Assembly: GCA_051531975.1 (NCBI GenBank)
Contig: JAOPTT010000010.1
Location: 32,001-96,000, forward strand
DNA: 64,000 nt
From: Spirochaetaceae bacterium
GTDB lineage: Bacteria > Spirochaetota > Spirochaetia > DSM-2461
Direction: 5' to 3'
Below are positions 20,913 to 31,032 of the stretch, in pieces; position 1 is the first letter of the stretch, and each line of letters opens with the position of its first letter. The translations under genes and the position numbers were made by a program. Under the pieces are notes generated by a model. The model was not told the DNA's origin, searched no databases, and saw only the letters and a program-made list of their open reading frames with translations.

Positions 20913-23111
20913 ATTATTGTCTAATAAATATACACTATATTCATGGTCAACTTTAGCTATATGCTCAATTAACCAAGTTACAACCTTATCTTGAATATCC
21001 AATAAAATTAGAGCTTTAGAATCACCATTTATTATCTTCTGTTGAATTTGTTTAAAATCTTCTTCGTAGATATGGTGTAATTTTTTATGTTGTTCTAATT
21101 TAGGATATTTAAATTTCTCTAACATTTTCTCTTCGTTTCTAAAGTGAACATTAATATAATCGCCAATATAGTTACTAATTTCTAACAAATCGTATGACTT
21201 ATCTTTATCTAACATTGCAACTAATAAAGCGTTAATCCTCTTAAACAGTTCTTTGTGTTCATCATCAATATCATCTATTTTAACCGATAACAGATCAGAC
21301 CAATCTATTTCAGCGGTTACGACCTTAGATGTATCAGTCTTAACACCTGTTTCGAATTTTTCAACTTCTAAAGTTAATAGGCTATTATTATATTTATTTT
21401 GGTTACCAAAAGCAGAAACCATTAAAGATATAGAGCTTAACTCTTCGGATAATACTGAAACATTCTCTATTACTTTAGTAGTTTTGTCTGTAGCACTTAC
21501 AACCTTTACAATTGACTCTTCAATAGTTGATGCACCAATTTCAAGATTAGTTGTAGACTCTTTTACCAAATTACTAGTTTGAACTAAAGTTGATACAGTG
21601 GTTAATATTTCATTACTAGCTATGGATAGTTCATTCATAGACAAAGAGACTTCTTTTAAAGCAGATGAAAACTGGTCAACTTCTCCTCTTATAATTGTAA
21701 ATGCTTTTTGACTATCAGAACCAGCTTCAGAAGCTAAAAAGATTTTATCTCTAGTCTCTCCTAGGCTTTCACCTATTCTAGCAGCATTAGTTCTAGTCTC
21801 TTCAGCAAGTTTTCGAATCTCATGGGCAACTACTGAGAATCCTTTTCCTGCTTCCCCTGCATGAGCTGCCTCAATTGATGCGTTCATTGCTAATAGGTTT
21901 GTCTGTGATGCTATATTATTAATAATATCAACCATACTCATCATATCTTCTGCTTTAGCTAAAATCTCTTTAATAAAGTTACTTGTATTTTCAACTTTAT
22001 TACCACCAGTATTTATTAAGTTAACTAAATTTTCCATTGTTGATAATCTATTTTCACTAATCTTTGCAACACTATCTACGGATCCCATAATCTCTTCCGT
22101 AGCAGCACTAGATTGTTCAATTGCTGTTAATTGAGTCTCAACAACCTGGGTTAAATTATTTACAACAAATGAAATGTTTTCCACAGAATCTGTTGTATCT
22201 TTAACAGCTGTTAAAAGTTCTTGGTTCCCATTTTCTAAATCTGTAATTTCATTGTTTATATTTTCTATAGCATTTGTACTATCTCTAGATGATCTACTTA
22301 GATGTTGACTAAGTATATTATTTTTATGAACTATTTCCGACATATTAACTATAACTAAACGTACTCTCTCTACAAATAAATTATACCATTTAGATAATTC
22401 CTTTATTTCATCATCGTTTTTAACAACTAGCTCCTTAGTTAGGTCTGCATCTTTTGAGGATAATGATTTAAGCTGATTAACTGTATCTCTTAAAGGATTA
22501 ACAACTTGTAAAGAAATAATGAAATTAAGTGTAAATACAATTATTGATAAAATAATACCTACTATTAATAATAACATTCTAGTTCCAGCTATATGCTTTA
22601 AATTTTCATTGTATAAACTTTCCCTTAATTTTATTATAGGACCACTTAATTCCTCTAAATCTTTAAATAATGTTGCTCCTGACAGATCAAATTTACCCAT
22701 CTGATTGTCACCAAGTAATTTAGAACTTCCGTAGTCTTTAAACATTTTGTTCCCAACATCCCAAAAGCTATCTAAATCACGGCTAAAGGATTCAATAATA
22801 TTTATTGAATCTGGAACTAGTTTTTCAAGTTCAGCTAAAAGATTATTTGCACTATTTCTCGCAGATTTAGCTTCAGATGTAATTACGGATGAATCTTGGG
22901 TTAAACTAGCATCTGTTAAAAATTGCCAGATATTTATAACTTCAATCTGTAGATCTTTTAAAAGAATACGCTCTTTATTGGCTAATTCTAGTTCCTGATT
23001 TAAAGATGAGCTATTTGAAAAACTTATATTTGTTATCATTACAAATATAAATACTGTTAACGAAATAAAAATGGTACTAAGTAGTAACTTTGTTTTTATA
23101 TTAATTCTCAT
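20904..23111 (-). CDS. Methyl-accepting chemotaxis protein with C-terminal bacteriohemerythrin
   Basis: MCP tip plus IDDEHKELF, HFRNEE, HKKLH, HIAKVD. Confidence 0.92.
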   Translation of the reverse strand: MRINIKTKLLLSTIFISLTVFIFVMITNISFSNSSSLNQELELANKERILLKDLQIEVINIWQFLTDASLTQDSSVITSEAKSARNSANNLLAELEKLVPDSINIIESFSRDLDSFWDVGNKMFKDYGSSKLLGDNQMGKFDLSGATLFKDLEELSGPIIKLRESLYNENLKHIAGTRMLLLIVGIILSIIVFTLNFIISLQVVNPLRDTVNQLKSLSSKDADLTKELVVKNDDEIKELSKWYNLFVERVRLVIVNMSEIVHKNNILSQHLSRSSRDSTNAIENINNEITDLENGNQELLTAVKDTTDSVENISFVVNNLTQVVETQLTAIEQSSAATEEIMGSVDSVAKISENRLSTMENLVNLINTGGNKVENTSNFIKEILAKAEDMMSMVDIINNIASQTNLLAMNASIEAAHAGEAGKGFSVVAHEIRKLAEETRTNAARIGESLGETRDKIFLASEAGSDSQKAFTIIRGEVDQFSSALKEVSLSMNELSIASNEILTTVSTLVQTSNLVKESTTNLEIGASTIEESIVKVVSATDKTTKVIENVSVLSEELSSISLMVSAFGNQNKYNNSLLTLEVEKFETGVKTDTSKVVTAEIDWSDLLSVKIDDIDDEHKELFKRINALLVAMLDKDKSYDLLEISNYIGDYINVHFRNEEKMLEKFKYPKLEQHKKLHHIYEEDFKQIQQKIINGDSKALILLDIQDKVVTWLIEHIAKVDHEYSVYLLDNNLI

Positions 23112-23281
23112 AAATATAAGTATAGGTTCAATTTTTGTAATATTCCACAGACAAATGATTATCTTTTATTCTTTTTTGATAATTATTACTATTATACTTA
23201 ACATCTTAATAGTAATAATTACTATATACATTATTTTAAAATTATATTATCGTGAATTATTAAATAAACAAGGAGTCAATA

Positions 23282-23779
23282 ATGGCAAATATAACATTAG
23301 AAGGTAATAAAATAGAAACAGTTGGAGATCTTCCTGCAGTAGGAACTAAAGCACCAGATTTTAAATTAGTGCAACAAGATTTATCGGATACAACTTTAGC
23401 AGATTATAAAGGGAAAAAAGTAGTATTAAATATTTTTCCATCTTTAGATACTGGTACATGTGCTGCTTCAGTTAGAGCTTTTAACAAAAAAGCGGCTGAG
23501 TTAGAAAATACAGTTATTTTATGTGTTTCTGCAGACTTACCTTTTGCAGCTGGTAGATTTTGTGTTGCTGAAGGAATTGATAACGTAAAAACAGCTTCAA
23601 GCTTTAGAAACCCAGAATTTGGAACAGCTTATGGTAATAGCTATAAAACAGGTCCTTTAGTAGGACTACTTGCTAGATCTGTTGTTGTTATAGATACCCA
23701 TGGTACAGTTAAATATACTGAGTTAGTTACGGAGACTGTTGATGAACCTAACTATGAAGCTGCTTTAAAAGCTCTATAG
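23282..23779 (+). CDS. tpx: Thiol peroxidase
   Basis: FPSLDTGTC, SADLPFA..RFC, EPNYEAAL. Confidence 0.95.
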   Translation: MANITLEGNKIETVGDLPAVGTKAPDFKLVQQDLSDTTLADYKGKKVVLNIFPSLDTGTCAASVRAFNKKAAELENTVILCVSADLPFAAGRFCVAEGIDNVKTASSFRNPEFGTAYGNSYKTGPLVGLLARSVVVIDTHGTVKYTELVTETVDEPNYEAALKAL

Positions 23780-23857
23780 TCTAATTTAATTCATCTCAAT
23801 TTAATTATTGATTTAGTAATATTAATACTACATTATTTATATATTTATTTTGAGATG

Positions 23858-23888
23858 AATAGTTAGGGGCGCACCCCTAACTATTTTT
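23858..23888. terminator. Terminator hairpin between convergent tpx and pspC
   Basis: AATAGTTAGGGG-cgca-CCCCTAACTATT followed by T run. Confidence 0.75.
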
Positions 23889-24239
23889 ATAACGTTTATC
23901 CCAATCACTCTCTTTATCAAACATAGTGTCTTCCATGTTTTTCATTCGTGACCGTAGATTTGAAAACTCATCTTTAACATCATCTACTGTAAAACCTTGT
24001 TTTTTATATGATCTATTACATCTGGTTCTATGATAAGTTGACTCATCACTGTCATCAACAGGTAGAAATATACCCATAACTATATATGCAATACAGAATG
24101 TCCCTCCTGTCATAAATGCTACAATAATAAATCCTAATCGGACTAAACTTACATCCATTTTTAACCAGTTTGCTAAACCTTTACAAACCCCCATGATCTT
24201 ACCACTACCTGATCTATATAACTTTCCTTTTCCCATCAT
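23877..24239 (-). CDS. pspC: PspC domain protein
   Basis: KLYRS...IMGVCKGLA; C-terminal coiled coil; ATG 24239 after AGGAG. Confidence 0.85.
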   Translation of the reverse strand: MMGKGKLYRSGSGKIMGVCKGLANWLKMDVSLVRLGFIIVAFMTGGTFCIAYIVMGIFLPVDDSDESTYHRTRCNRSYKKQGFTVDDVKDEFSNLRSRMKNMEDTMFDKESDWDKRYKNS

Positions 24240-24289
24240 AGAATCTCCTATAAACATTATTTCTTTACTTTTTTAATTTATTTAACTAC

Positions 24290-24946
24290 TTATTTTTTAC
24301 TTGAACTTAACTTACTTTTTAAAGATTTTAGCTCTTCATCTATTTTAGTATCAGACTCTAAATCTTGAAATTTCATGTCAGCTGTTGGTGCAAAAATTTC
24401 AGCTTCTGCTTCCATTCTTTCAACTTTTGATTCAAATCTTGAGAATTTTTCTAAAGCTTCAGTCCCATAAGATCTGGTAACAACACTGTTTACTGTTTGT
24501 TTTTTCTCTGCTCTTTGTGCTCTAGATAGTAGATCTTTCTTCTTTGTAAGAGTTTCAGTTAATTTCTCTTGTAATATAAGAATCTGCTCTTTACCAAGTT
24601 CAACATCAGTAGAAATTCTTTCTAAATCTTTATCTATCTCTTCTAACTTAGAAACTGCAGATGCTTTTTCTTTTAAAGCTTCTTTTGCTAAATCATCTTT
24701 GTTATCTTTTACTGATAATTCTGCTCTCTCTGTCCATCTAGTCACTACTTTTTTTAACTCTTCTGACTGTCTTGCCAATAATTTACTTTTAGTAACCTTA
24801 TCTGCTTGGCTAAATTTAAGATCAGAAACTGATTCTTCTAATTCTCTTATTATCTGATTAATCATAACTTCAGGATTTTCAGCCCTATCTAACATCGCAT
24901 TAACATTGGCATCATATATACCCTTAACTCTTTTTAAAATTCCCAT
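24290..24946 (-). CDS. pspA: Phage shock protein A (PspA/IM30)
   Basis: AENPEVMINQIIRE, long coiled coil, DEELKSLK. Confidence 0.9.
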   Translation of the reverse strand: MGILKRVKGIYDANVNAMLDRAENPEVMINQIIRELEESVSDLKFSQADKVTKSKLLARQSEELKKVVTRWTERAELSVKDNKDDLAKEALKEKASAVSKLEEIDKDLERISTDVELGKEQILILQEKLTETLTKKKDLLSRAQRAEKKQTVNSVVTRSYGTEALEKFSRFESKVERMEAEAEIFAPTADMKFQDLESDTKIDEELKSLKSKLSSSKK

Positions 24947-24980
24947 TTTGTCCTCCGTAATATATTGTTACTAACAGTAT

Positions 24981-24997
24981 TGCAAAAGGTGTGCCAA
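24981..24997 (-). promoter_or_regulatory. Sigma-54 promoter of pspAC
   Basis: TTGGCACACCTTTTGCA matches TGGCAC-N5-TTGC. Confidence 0.85.
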
Positions 24998-25048
24998 CTT
25001 TTTTACTTAGTAAATTTATGCTTAGAAACACTTATTGCTAATTCTTTC

Positions 25049-25083
25049 AGGTATATTTAACCACAGCATGGTATTAAATACCA
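25049..25083. promoter_or_regulatory. Putative tandem enhancer (UAS) sites for a PspF-like activator
   Basis: AGGTATATTTAACCA and palindromic TGGTATTAAATACCA, 20 bp apart, upstream of the sigma-54 promoter. Confidence 0.55.
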
Positions 25084-25139
25084 AAATAATATTTTTGTTA
25101 ACTATTGTTTACTTATTTAAGAGAATATAAAATGGAAAC

Positions 25140-26480
25140 ATGGATACTCTACAGAAAATAATAGATACTTTTTTTGAATTTCAAGCATATGTAATGTTAC
25201 CAATTTTTATTATTATTATTGGTTTAATAATTAGAATGAAAATATCTGATCTACTTAACTCAGCTTTAAAACTTGGAACTGGTTTTGCCGGTATTTTTAT
25301 AGTTTTTTCCTTTTTTGTAGATAATATAAGACCCGCTGTGGAAATGTTAATGACTAATAGAGGACTAGACTATCCAGTATTAGATGTGGGTTGGCCTCCA
25401 TTAGCTGCAATAACTTGGAGTTCATCTATAGCTCCCCTATCTCTTCCATTTATAATGTTAATAAATGTTATAATGATCGCAACCAAAACAACTAAAACTA
25501 TTTATATTGATATATGGAACTACTGGCACATGGCACTGATTGGAGCGCTACTGTTAAGTGTATCAAATAACTATATTATAGCTTTCTCTGCAATTGCTAT
25601 GTTAACAGTATATGCTATTAAAAATGCAGATTGGGCAGCTCCTTATGTAAAAAGAGAGATGGGTTTAGAAGGTGTAACAATTGCACCAATTTCTGTTATA
25701 GGACTTTTACCTTTTGCTGAGTTTATGGATAGTTTATATGATAAAATCCCAATTGTTAAAAACTGGCATTTTAATCCACACACTACAGAATCTAAATTAA
25801 GGCATTTTACTGAACCAACTGTTATGGGATTTTTAATAGGCTCCATTTTAGGTATTTCAGCTGGTTACTCTTTAAAAGATATATTAGAACTTGGTATCCA
25901 TATTGGTGCTGTTATGTTTCTTTTACCAAAATGTGGTGAATTAATTGGTATTGGTATAGCTCCGGTTTCTGAAACTATGAAAGAGAAAATTCATAAATGG
26001 TTTCCTGGTAGATCAGAACTATATGTTGCTGTTGATACTGGAATATTAATGAATAATAAGTCAGTTATGATATCAGGACTAATATTAATGCCTATAGCAC
26101 TTTTGGTTGCATTAATTTTACCTGGTAATAGAACTTTACCATTAGGGGATCTTCCAAACCTAATATCAGTAATATCAGTAACAGTATTAATTAGTAGAGG
26201 AAATGTAATTAGAAGTGTTCTTACCGGTATTCCAATTGTTATTACCTTCCTTTTAATTGCAAGTAATATGTCAGAACTATTCACAGACTTATCCATACAA
26301 GCTGGAATGTCTTTTGGTGAAGGGCAACTTATAACAGCTTTCACAGATGGTGGACACCATGCACGGTTTTACCTGTTTTACCTATTCCAAGGAAATATTT
26401 TAGCTTTAATAACTATACCTGTAATTGGATTATTACTATTTTTATCCCATAGGAGACATAAGAAGAATATGGAACTATAA
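25140..26480 (+). CDS. PTS galactitol-family IIC component (GatC-like)
   Basis: DVGWP, DIWNYWH, LPGNRTLPLGDL. Confidence 0.88.
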   Translation: MDTLQKIIDTFFEFQAYVMLPIFIIIIGLIIRMKISDLLNSALKLGTGFAGIFIVFSFFVDNIRPAVEMLMTNRGLDYPVLDVGWPPLAAITWSSSIAPLSLPFIMLINVIMIATKTTKTIYIDIWNYWHMALIGALLLSVSNNYIIAFSAIAMLTVYAIKNADWAAPYVKREMGLEGVTIAPISVIGLLPFAEFMDSLYDKIPIVKNWHFNPHTTESKLRHFTEPTVMGFLIGSILGISAGYSLKDILELGIHIGAVMFLLPKCGELIGIGIAPVSETMKEKIHKWFPGRSELYVAVDTGILMNNKSVMISGLILMPIALLVALILPGNRTLPLGDLPNLISVISVTVLISRGNVIRSVLTGIPIVITFLLIASNMSELFTDLSIQAGMSFGEGQLITAFTDGGHHARFYLFYLFQGNILALITIPVIGLLLFLSHRRHKKNMEL

Positions 26481-26525
26481 ATAAGTCTAATTGATTATAT
26501 TTTTAATTTGAAAGATAATGTCTTT

Positions 26526-28256
26526 ATGGTTAAAAAAACAGTATTAAACAGATTTATTCAATATTATATTCCACATAAGAAGATATTCTTTATAGATATC
26601 ACATGTGCATTATTTATTGCTTTAATTGAACTAACATATCCTGCAGCTACAAGGTATATCCTTCAGAATGTACTACCTGAAAGTAATATGCCTAAGCTAT
26701 TTATAATTTTAGGTATATTACTATTTTTATATATTATATTAGCAGGTTTAACTTTTGTGGTTAATTATTGGGGACATATTATGGGTGTATATATGGAAAG
26801 CGATATGCGTCGTGACCTATTTACTCATATGCAGAAATTACCTTTTAAGTTTTATGATAATAACCGAACTGGGGAGTTAATGTCCCGAGTAGTAAATGAC
26901 CTTAATGAAGTCTCTGAACTGTCTCACCATGGGCCTGAGGATATATTTTTGTCCGTTATAATGTTAGTTGGTTCATTTATATATTTAGTACAGGTAGAGT
27001 GGCATTTAGCAGTTATTATATTCTGTTTTATGATACCAACAATATTATGGTTTACTATAACTAGGCGTAAAAGTTTATCTAAGTCCTGGTCTAAAGTTAG
27101 AGAAAAAATGGGTGAAATTAATTCTAGCCTAGAGAACTCAATTGCAGGTATTAGAGTAGCAAGAGCTTTTACAAATGAAAAACAGGAAAAAGCAAAATTT
27201 AAAGAGAGTAATTACAAATTTCGTGGTGCAAAACGTGGGGCATATAAGGCTATGTCGTTATACCAAACTGGAGTTACTTTTTTAATGACCTTATTAAATG
27301 TAATTGTTTTAGCTGTAGGTGGAGTAATGGTTTCTAAAGGGACTATTGATATACCAGATCTTTTAGCTTTTATGTTATATATAGGTTTAGTTACTCACCC
27401 TATTAAAATGTTTACAGGGTTCACACAGCAGTATCAAAAAGGTATGGCTGGATTCAAAAGATTTTGTGAAATAATTGATGTAGAACCAGATATTATTGAT
27501 TCAGAAGGTGCTGTTAAACTGAAAAAGGCAAAAGGTGATATTATTTTAGAAAATATTTCTTTTAGCTACGATGATGAAAATCATATACTTAAAAATATTA
27601 GTCTTGAAGTGACCGCAGGTCAAACAGTTGCAATAGTTGGACCTACAGGTGCTGGGAAAACAACTCTTTGTCACCTAATACCTAGGTTTTACGAATTAGG
27701 AACTGGAAAAATTACAGTTGATGGTATCAGTATTAAAGATATTACATTAGAGAGTCTACGAAAATCTGTAGGATTAGTTCAACAGGATGTATTTTTATTT
27801 ACTGGTACAGTTAAAGATAATATTTTATATGGTAAACCAGATGCTACTAACGATGAGTTAATAGACGCAGCTAAGAGAGCTGAAATTGATGAATTTGTAA
27901 TGTCATTAGAAAATGGTTACGATACTTGGATTGGAGAAAAGGGTATTTTACTCTCTGGAGGTCAAAAACAGAGAATAGCAATAGCTAGAGCTTTCTTAAA
28001 AAATCCGCCAATTTTAATTTTAGATGAAGCAACATCGGCACTTGATAACCAGACTGAGAGAAAAATCCAAAAGGCTTTAGAGGAACTTAGCCGTGGAAGA
28101 ACTTCCTTAGTAATTGCACATAGATTATCAACTGTAGTTCATGCTGATAAAATAGTTGTATTAACATCTGAGGGAATTGAAGATCAGGGGACACACGAAG
28201 AATTGTTTGAGAGGGATGGCCTTTACAAGAATTTATATAATTCTCAATTTATATAA
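26526..28256 (+). CDS. ABC exporter, fused permease/ATPase
   Basis: HHGPED, GPTGAGKT, LSGGQKQR, LDEATSALD; start 26508 or 26526. Confidence 0.92.
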   Translation: MVKKTVLNRFIQYYIPHKKIFFIDITCALFIALIELTYPAATRYILQNVLPESNMPKLFIILGILLFLYIILAGLTFVVNYWGHIMGVYMESDMRRDLFTHMQKLPFKFYDNNRTGELMSRVVNDLNEVSELSHHGPEDIFLSVIMLVGSFIYLVQVEWHLAVIIFCFMIPTILWFTITRRKSLSKSWSKVREKMGEINSSLENSIAGIRVARAFTNEKQEKAKFKESNYKFRGAKRGAYKAMSLYQTGVTFLMTLLNVIVLAVGGVMVSKGTIDIPDLLAFMLYIGLVTHPIKMFTGFTQQYQKGMAGFKRFCEIIDVEPDIIDSEGAVKLKKAKGDIILENISFSYDDENHILKNISLEVTAGQTVAIVGPTGAGKTTLCHLIPRFYELGTGKITVDGISIKDITLESLRKSVGLVQQDVFLFTGTVKDNILYGKPDATNDELIDAAKRAEIDEFVMSLENGYDTWIGEKGILLSGGQKQRIAIARAFLKNPPILILDEATSALDNQTERKIQKALEELSRGRTSLVIAHRLSTVVHADKIVVLTSEGIEDQGTHEELFERDGLYKNLYNSQFI

Positions 28257-28607
28257 TTAGTCTCTTAATAAATTTAATATTTTACCAATCTCAAATGGTT
28301 TACCAACAAGATCGATAGCTCCTAAATTCAGAGCTTCTACAGCTCTAGGATCTGATATATTTGCTGTAATAATTAATATTTTAGCTTCAGATTTATTACT
28401 TAATATAGATCTGGTAATTTCTAAACCATCTTTTATAGGCATATTTAAGTCTACAAGTATAAGATCAAAATCTTCTTTACTTGCTATAGATTCTCCAACA
28501 AGGGGATTAATTTGACATGAAACACTATATCCTAAATCTTCAAATATCATCTCAATAGAATCAAGAATAATTTGTTCATCATCAATTACAAGAATCTTTT
28601 TACTCAA
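28257..28607 (-). CDS. Single-domain response regulator
   Basis: ILVIDDE, LVDLNMP, KPF. Confidence 0.88.
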   Translation of the reverse strand: MSKKILVIDDEQIILDSIEMIFEDLGYSVSCQINPLVGESIASKEDFDLILVDLNMPIKDGLEITRSILSNKSEAKILIITANISDPRAVEALNLGAIDLVGKPFEIGKILNLLRD

Positions 28608-28676
28608 GTTTAACCTCTTTGGAAGTTAGTATATAGTAATAGAATCATTAGATCAAATAATATACATTAAGATTAT

Positions 28677-28702
28677 ACCCCTCTACGGAAAGTAGAAGGG
28701 GT
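28677..28702. terminator. Hairpin ending the mbx-nfn operon
   Basis: ACCCCTCTAC-ggaaa-GTAGAAGGGGT about 10 nt after nfnB stop. Confidence 0.65.
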
Positions 28703-28711
28703 TATTAAATT

Positions 28712-30184
28712 TTATTTGTTTTTTAAATCTGCTGTAATTGTAGCAGCGGCTGTTCTTCCTTCACCCATTGCAAGTATTACTGTTGCTGCACCTAATACAA
28801 TATCTCCACCGGCGTATACACCTTTCATGGAACATCTATTATGATCATCAACTATAATATTACCCCAAGGGTTAGTTTCTAACTCGGTAGTAGTCTGTTT
28901 AATTAGGGGATTTGAACCATTACCAAGAGCAGGAATTACTGTATCCATTTCCATCATGAATTCACTTCCCTTTATAGCTATAGGTCTTCGTCTACCTGAA
29001 TCATCAGGTTCACCTAGTTCATATTTAAGACACTCAATAGAGATAACTCTGCCATCTTCGTCACCTAATATTTTTGTAGGGTTAGTTAAGAAGTGAAAAT
29101 TTATTCCCTCTTCTTCAGCATGGTCTATCTCTTCAGCTCTAGCTGGCATCTCAGTTTTAGTACGTCTGTAAATAACATTAACTTCTTCAGCACCTAAACG
29201 TAGAGCCATTCTTGCAGCATCCATAGCAACATTACCACCGCCTAATACGGCTACTTTTTTAGAATGATAAATAGGAGTATCCACATTATCTCTATCGTAT
29301 GCCTTCATTAGATTTGATCTTGTTAAATATTCATTTGCAGAGAATACACCAATAAGGTTTTCTCCTGGAATATTCATGAATTTTGGAAGCCCTGCACCAC
29401 TACCAATAAAAACAGCATTAAAACCATCTTTATTAATTAAGTCTTCTATGGTTCTTGTTCTTCCTACTAAAAAGTTCATATTAAATTTAACACCAATCTT
29501 TTTTAATGTATCAATCTCTTTCTGAACAATTTTTTTAGGTAATCTAAATTCAGGGATACCATATATCATTACTCCACCAGGTTTGTGGAAAGCTTCAAAA
29601 ACTTCTACATCGTGACCTTCCTGACGTAGATCAGCCGCGGCTGCTAAACCTGCAGGGCCTGAACCAACTACTGCAACTTTAGAACCTGTTGATTCTTTAA
29701 CAAAAGGTAGTTTAATCTGATTAGACTCCCTTTCAAAGTCTGCAACAAATCGTTCAACTCTACCTATAGCCACAGCTTTCATTGGGTCTTTTAAAGATTT
29801 ACCAACTGTACATGTCAACATACACTGAGTTTCCTGAGGACATACTCTTCCACATATTGCAGGTAACAGACTAGATTTTTTAATTATATCAACAGATTTT
29901 TGAAAATCACCTTCTCCAGATGCTGCTAAAAACCCAGGAATATCAATTCCCACTGGACAGCCTGCAATACAAGGGGCATTTTTACACTGTAAACAACGCA
30001 TCGATTCAACAACTGCCTGTTCCTTAGTATAACCCAGAGCAACCTCATACTGATTACTACCTCTAATTATAGGATCCTGAGCTGGCATATCCTGCTGAGG
30101 AATTGCCATTCTCTCTTTAGCTTTAAGTTCAGTAGATCTATCTTTTAAGTCTTTATATATCTGTACTGTATTTACAAAACTCAC
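28712..30184 (-). CDS. nfnB: NfnB/SudA (often annotated NADPH-dependent glutamate synthase, gltA)
   Basis: CLQC..PC..GCPV, CGRVCPQE.QC, GSGPAG, GGGNVAMD, YRR, GAATVILAMG; follows nfnA. Confidence 0.88.
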   Translation of the reverse strand: MSFVNTVQIYKDLKDRSTELKAKERMAIPQQDMPAQDPIIRGSNQYEVALGYTKEQAVVESMRCLQCKNAPCIAGCPVGIDIPGFLAASGEGDFQKSVDIIKKSSLLPAICGRVCPQETQCMLTCTVGKSLKDPMKAVAIGRVERFVADFERESNQIKLPFVKESTGSKVAVVGSGPAGLAAAADLRQEGHDVEVFEAFHKPGGVMIYGIPEFRLPKKIVQKEIDTLKKIGVKFNMNFLVGRTRTIEDLINKDGFNAVFIGSGAGLPKFMNIPGENLIGVFSANEYLTRSNLMKAYDRDNVDTPIYHSKKVAVLGGGNVAMDAARMALRLGAEEVNVIYRRTKTEMPARAEEIDHAEEEGINFHFLTNPTKILGDEDGRVISIECLKYELGEPDDSGRRRPIAIKGSEFMMEMDTVIPALGNGSNPLIKQTTTELETNPWGNIIVDDHNRCSMKGVYAGGDIVLGAATVILAMGEGRTAAATITADLKNK

Positions 30185-31026
30185 TGTTCACCTACCTTAT
30201 TAAGACCAACTCGGCACTTATGTGTAGCGTGTTTTTCTTGAGTTGTATACGCTTTTTGTCGTAACATCATATTATCAAAATCAACTAAATGACCATCAAA
30301 TTCTGGTCCATCAACACAGACAAACTTAGTTTCATTTCCAACTGTAACTCTACAACCACCACACATTCCTGTGCCGTCAACCATAATAGTATTTAAACTA
30401 ACCATAGTTTTAACTTTAAATGGTCTTGTTGTTTCTGATACAAACTTCATCATTATTGGAGGCCCAATTCCAACTACTTCGTTTGGTATACCTGCTTCAC
30501 ATAGTTCTTTTAAAGGTGCTGTAACTAGATCTTTACGGCCGTATGATCCATCGTCTGTACAGACAATAAGTTCATCAGACCATTTTTTCATTTCATCTTC
30601 CATAATTAAAAGATCTTTGTTTCTAGCGCCAATAATAGTGATAACTTTGTTCCCAGCTTTTTTATATGCTTGTACAATAGGGTGCATTGGTGCAACACCA
30701 ATTCCCCCACCTACACATATTACTGTTCCAACATTTTCTATATGTGTTGGTGTACCAAGAGGTCCTAAAACACTCTCGATTGAGTCCCCTACTTCAAATT
30801 CAGAAAGATGAATTGTAGTTTTACCAACAGCCTGATATATAATAGTAATTGTTCCAGCTTTCTCGTCAGCATCAGCGATAGTTAAGGGGATTCTCTCCCC
30901 AAAGTTATTATCTATCTGAAGAATTATAAATTGCCCAGCTTTTCGACTTTCAGCTATATATGGAGCCTCAAGAACCATCTTAAATACATCTGCAGATAAC
31001 TTCTCTTTTTTAATGATTTTATTCAT
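30181..31026 (-). CDS. nfnA: NfnA/SudB (sulfide/dihydroorotate dehydrogenase-like FAD/NAD subunit)
   Basis: GERIPLT, GGGIGVAP, MVDGTGMCGGCRV, CVDGPEF. Confidence 0.9.
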   Translation of the reverse strand: MNKIIKKEKLSADVFKMVLEAPYIAESRKAGQFIILQIDNNFGERIPLTIADADEKAGTITIIYQAVGKTTIHLSEFEVGDSIESVLGPLGTPTHIENVGTVICVGGGIGVAPMHPIVQAYKKAGNKVITIIGARNKDLLIMEDEMKKWSDELIVCTDDGSYGRKDLVTAPLKELCEAGIPNEVVGIGPPIMMKFVSETTRPFKVKTMVSLNTIMVDGTGMCGGCRVTVGNETKFVCVDGPEFDGHLVDFDNMMLRQKAYTTQEKHATHKCRVGLNKVGEQ

Positions 31027-31032
31027 ATACTC

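Noticed and set aside
23071..23307. 78-aa Ile-rich ORF
   Set aside because: AT-rich promoter region, overlaps both neighbours, no RBS
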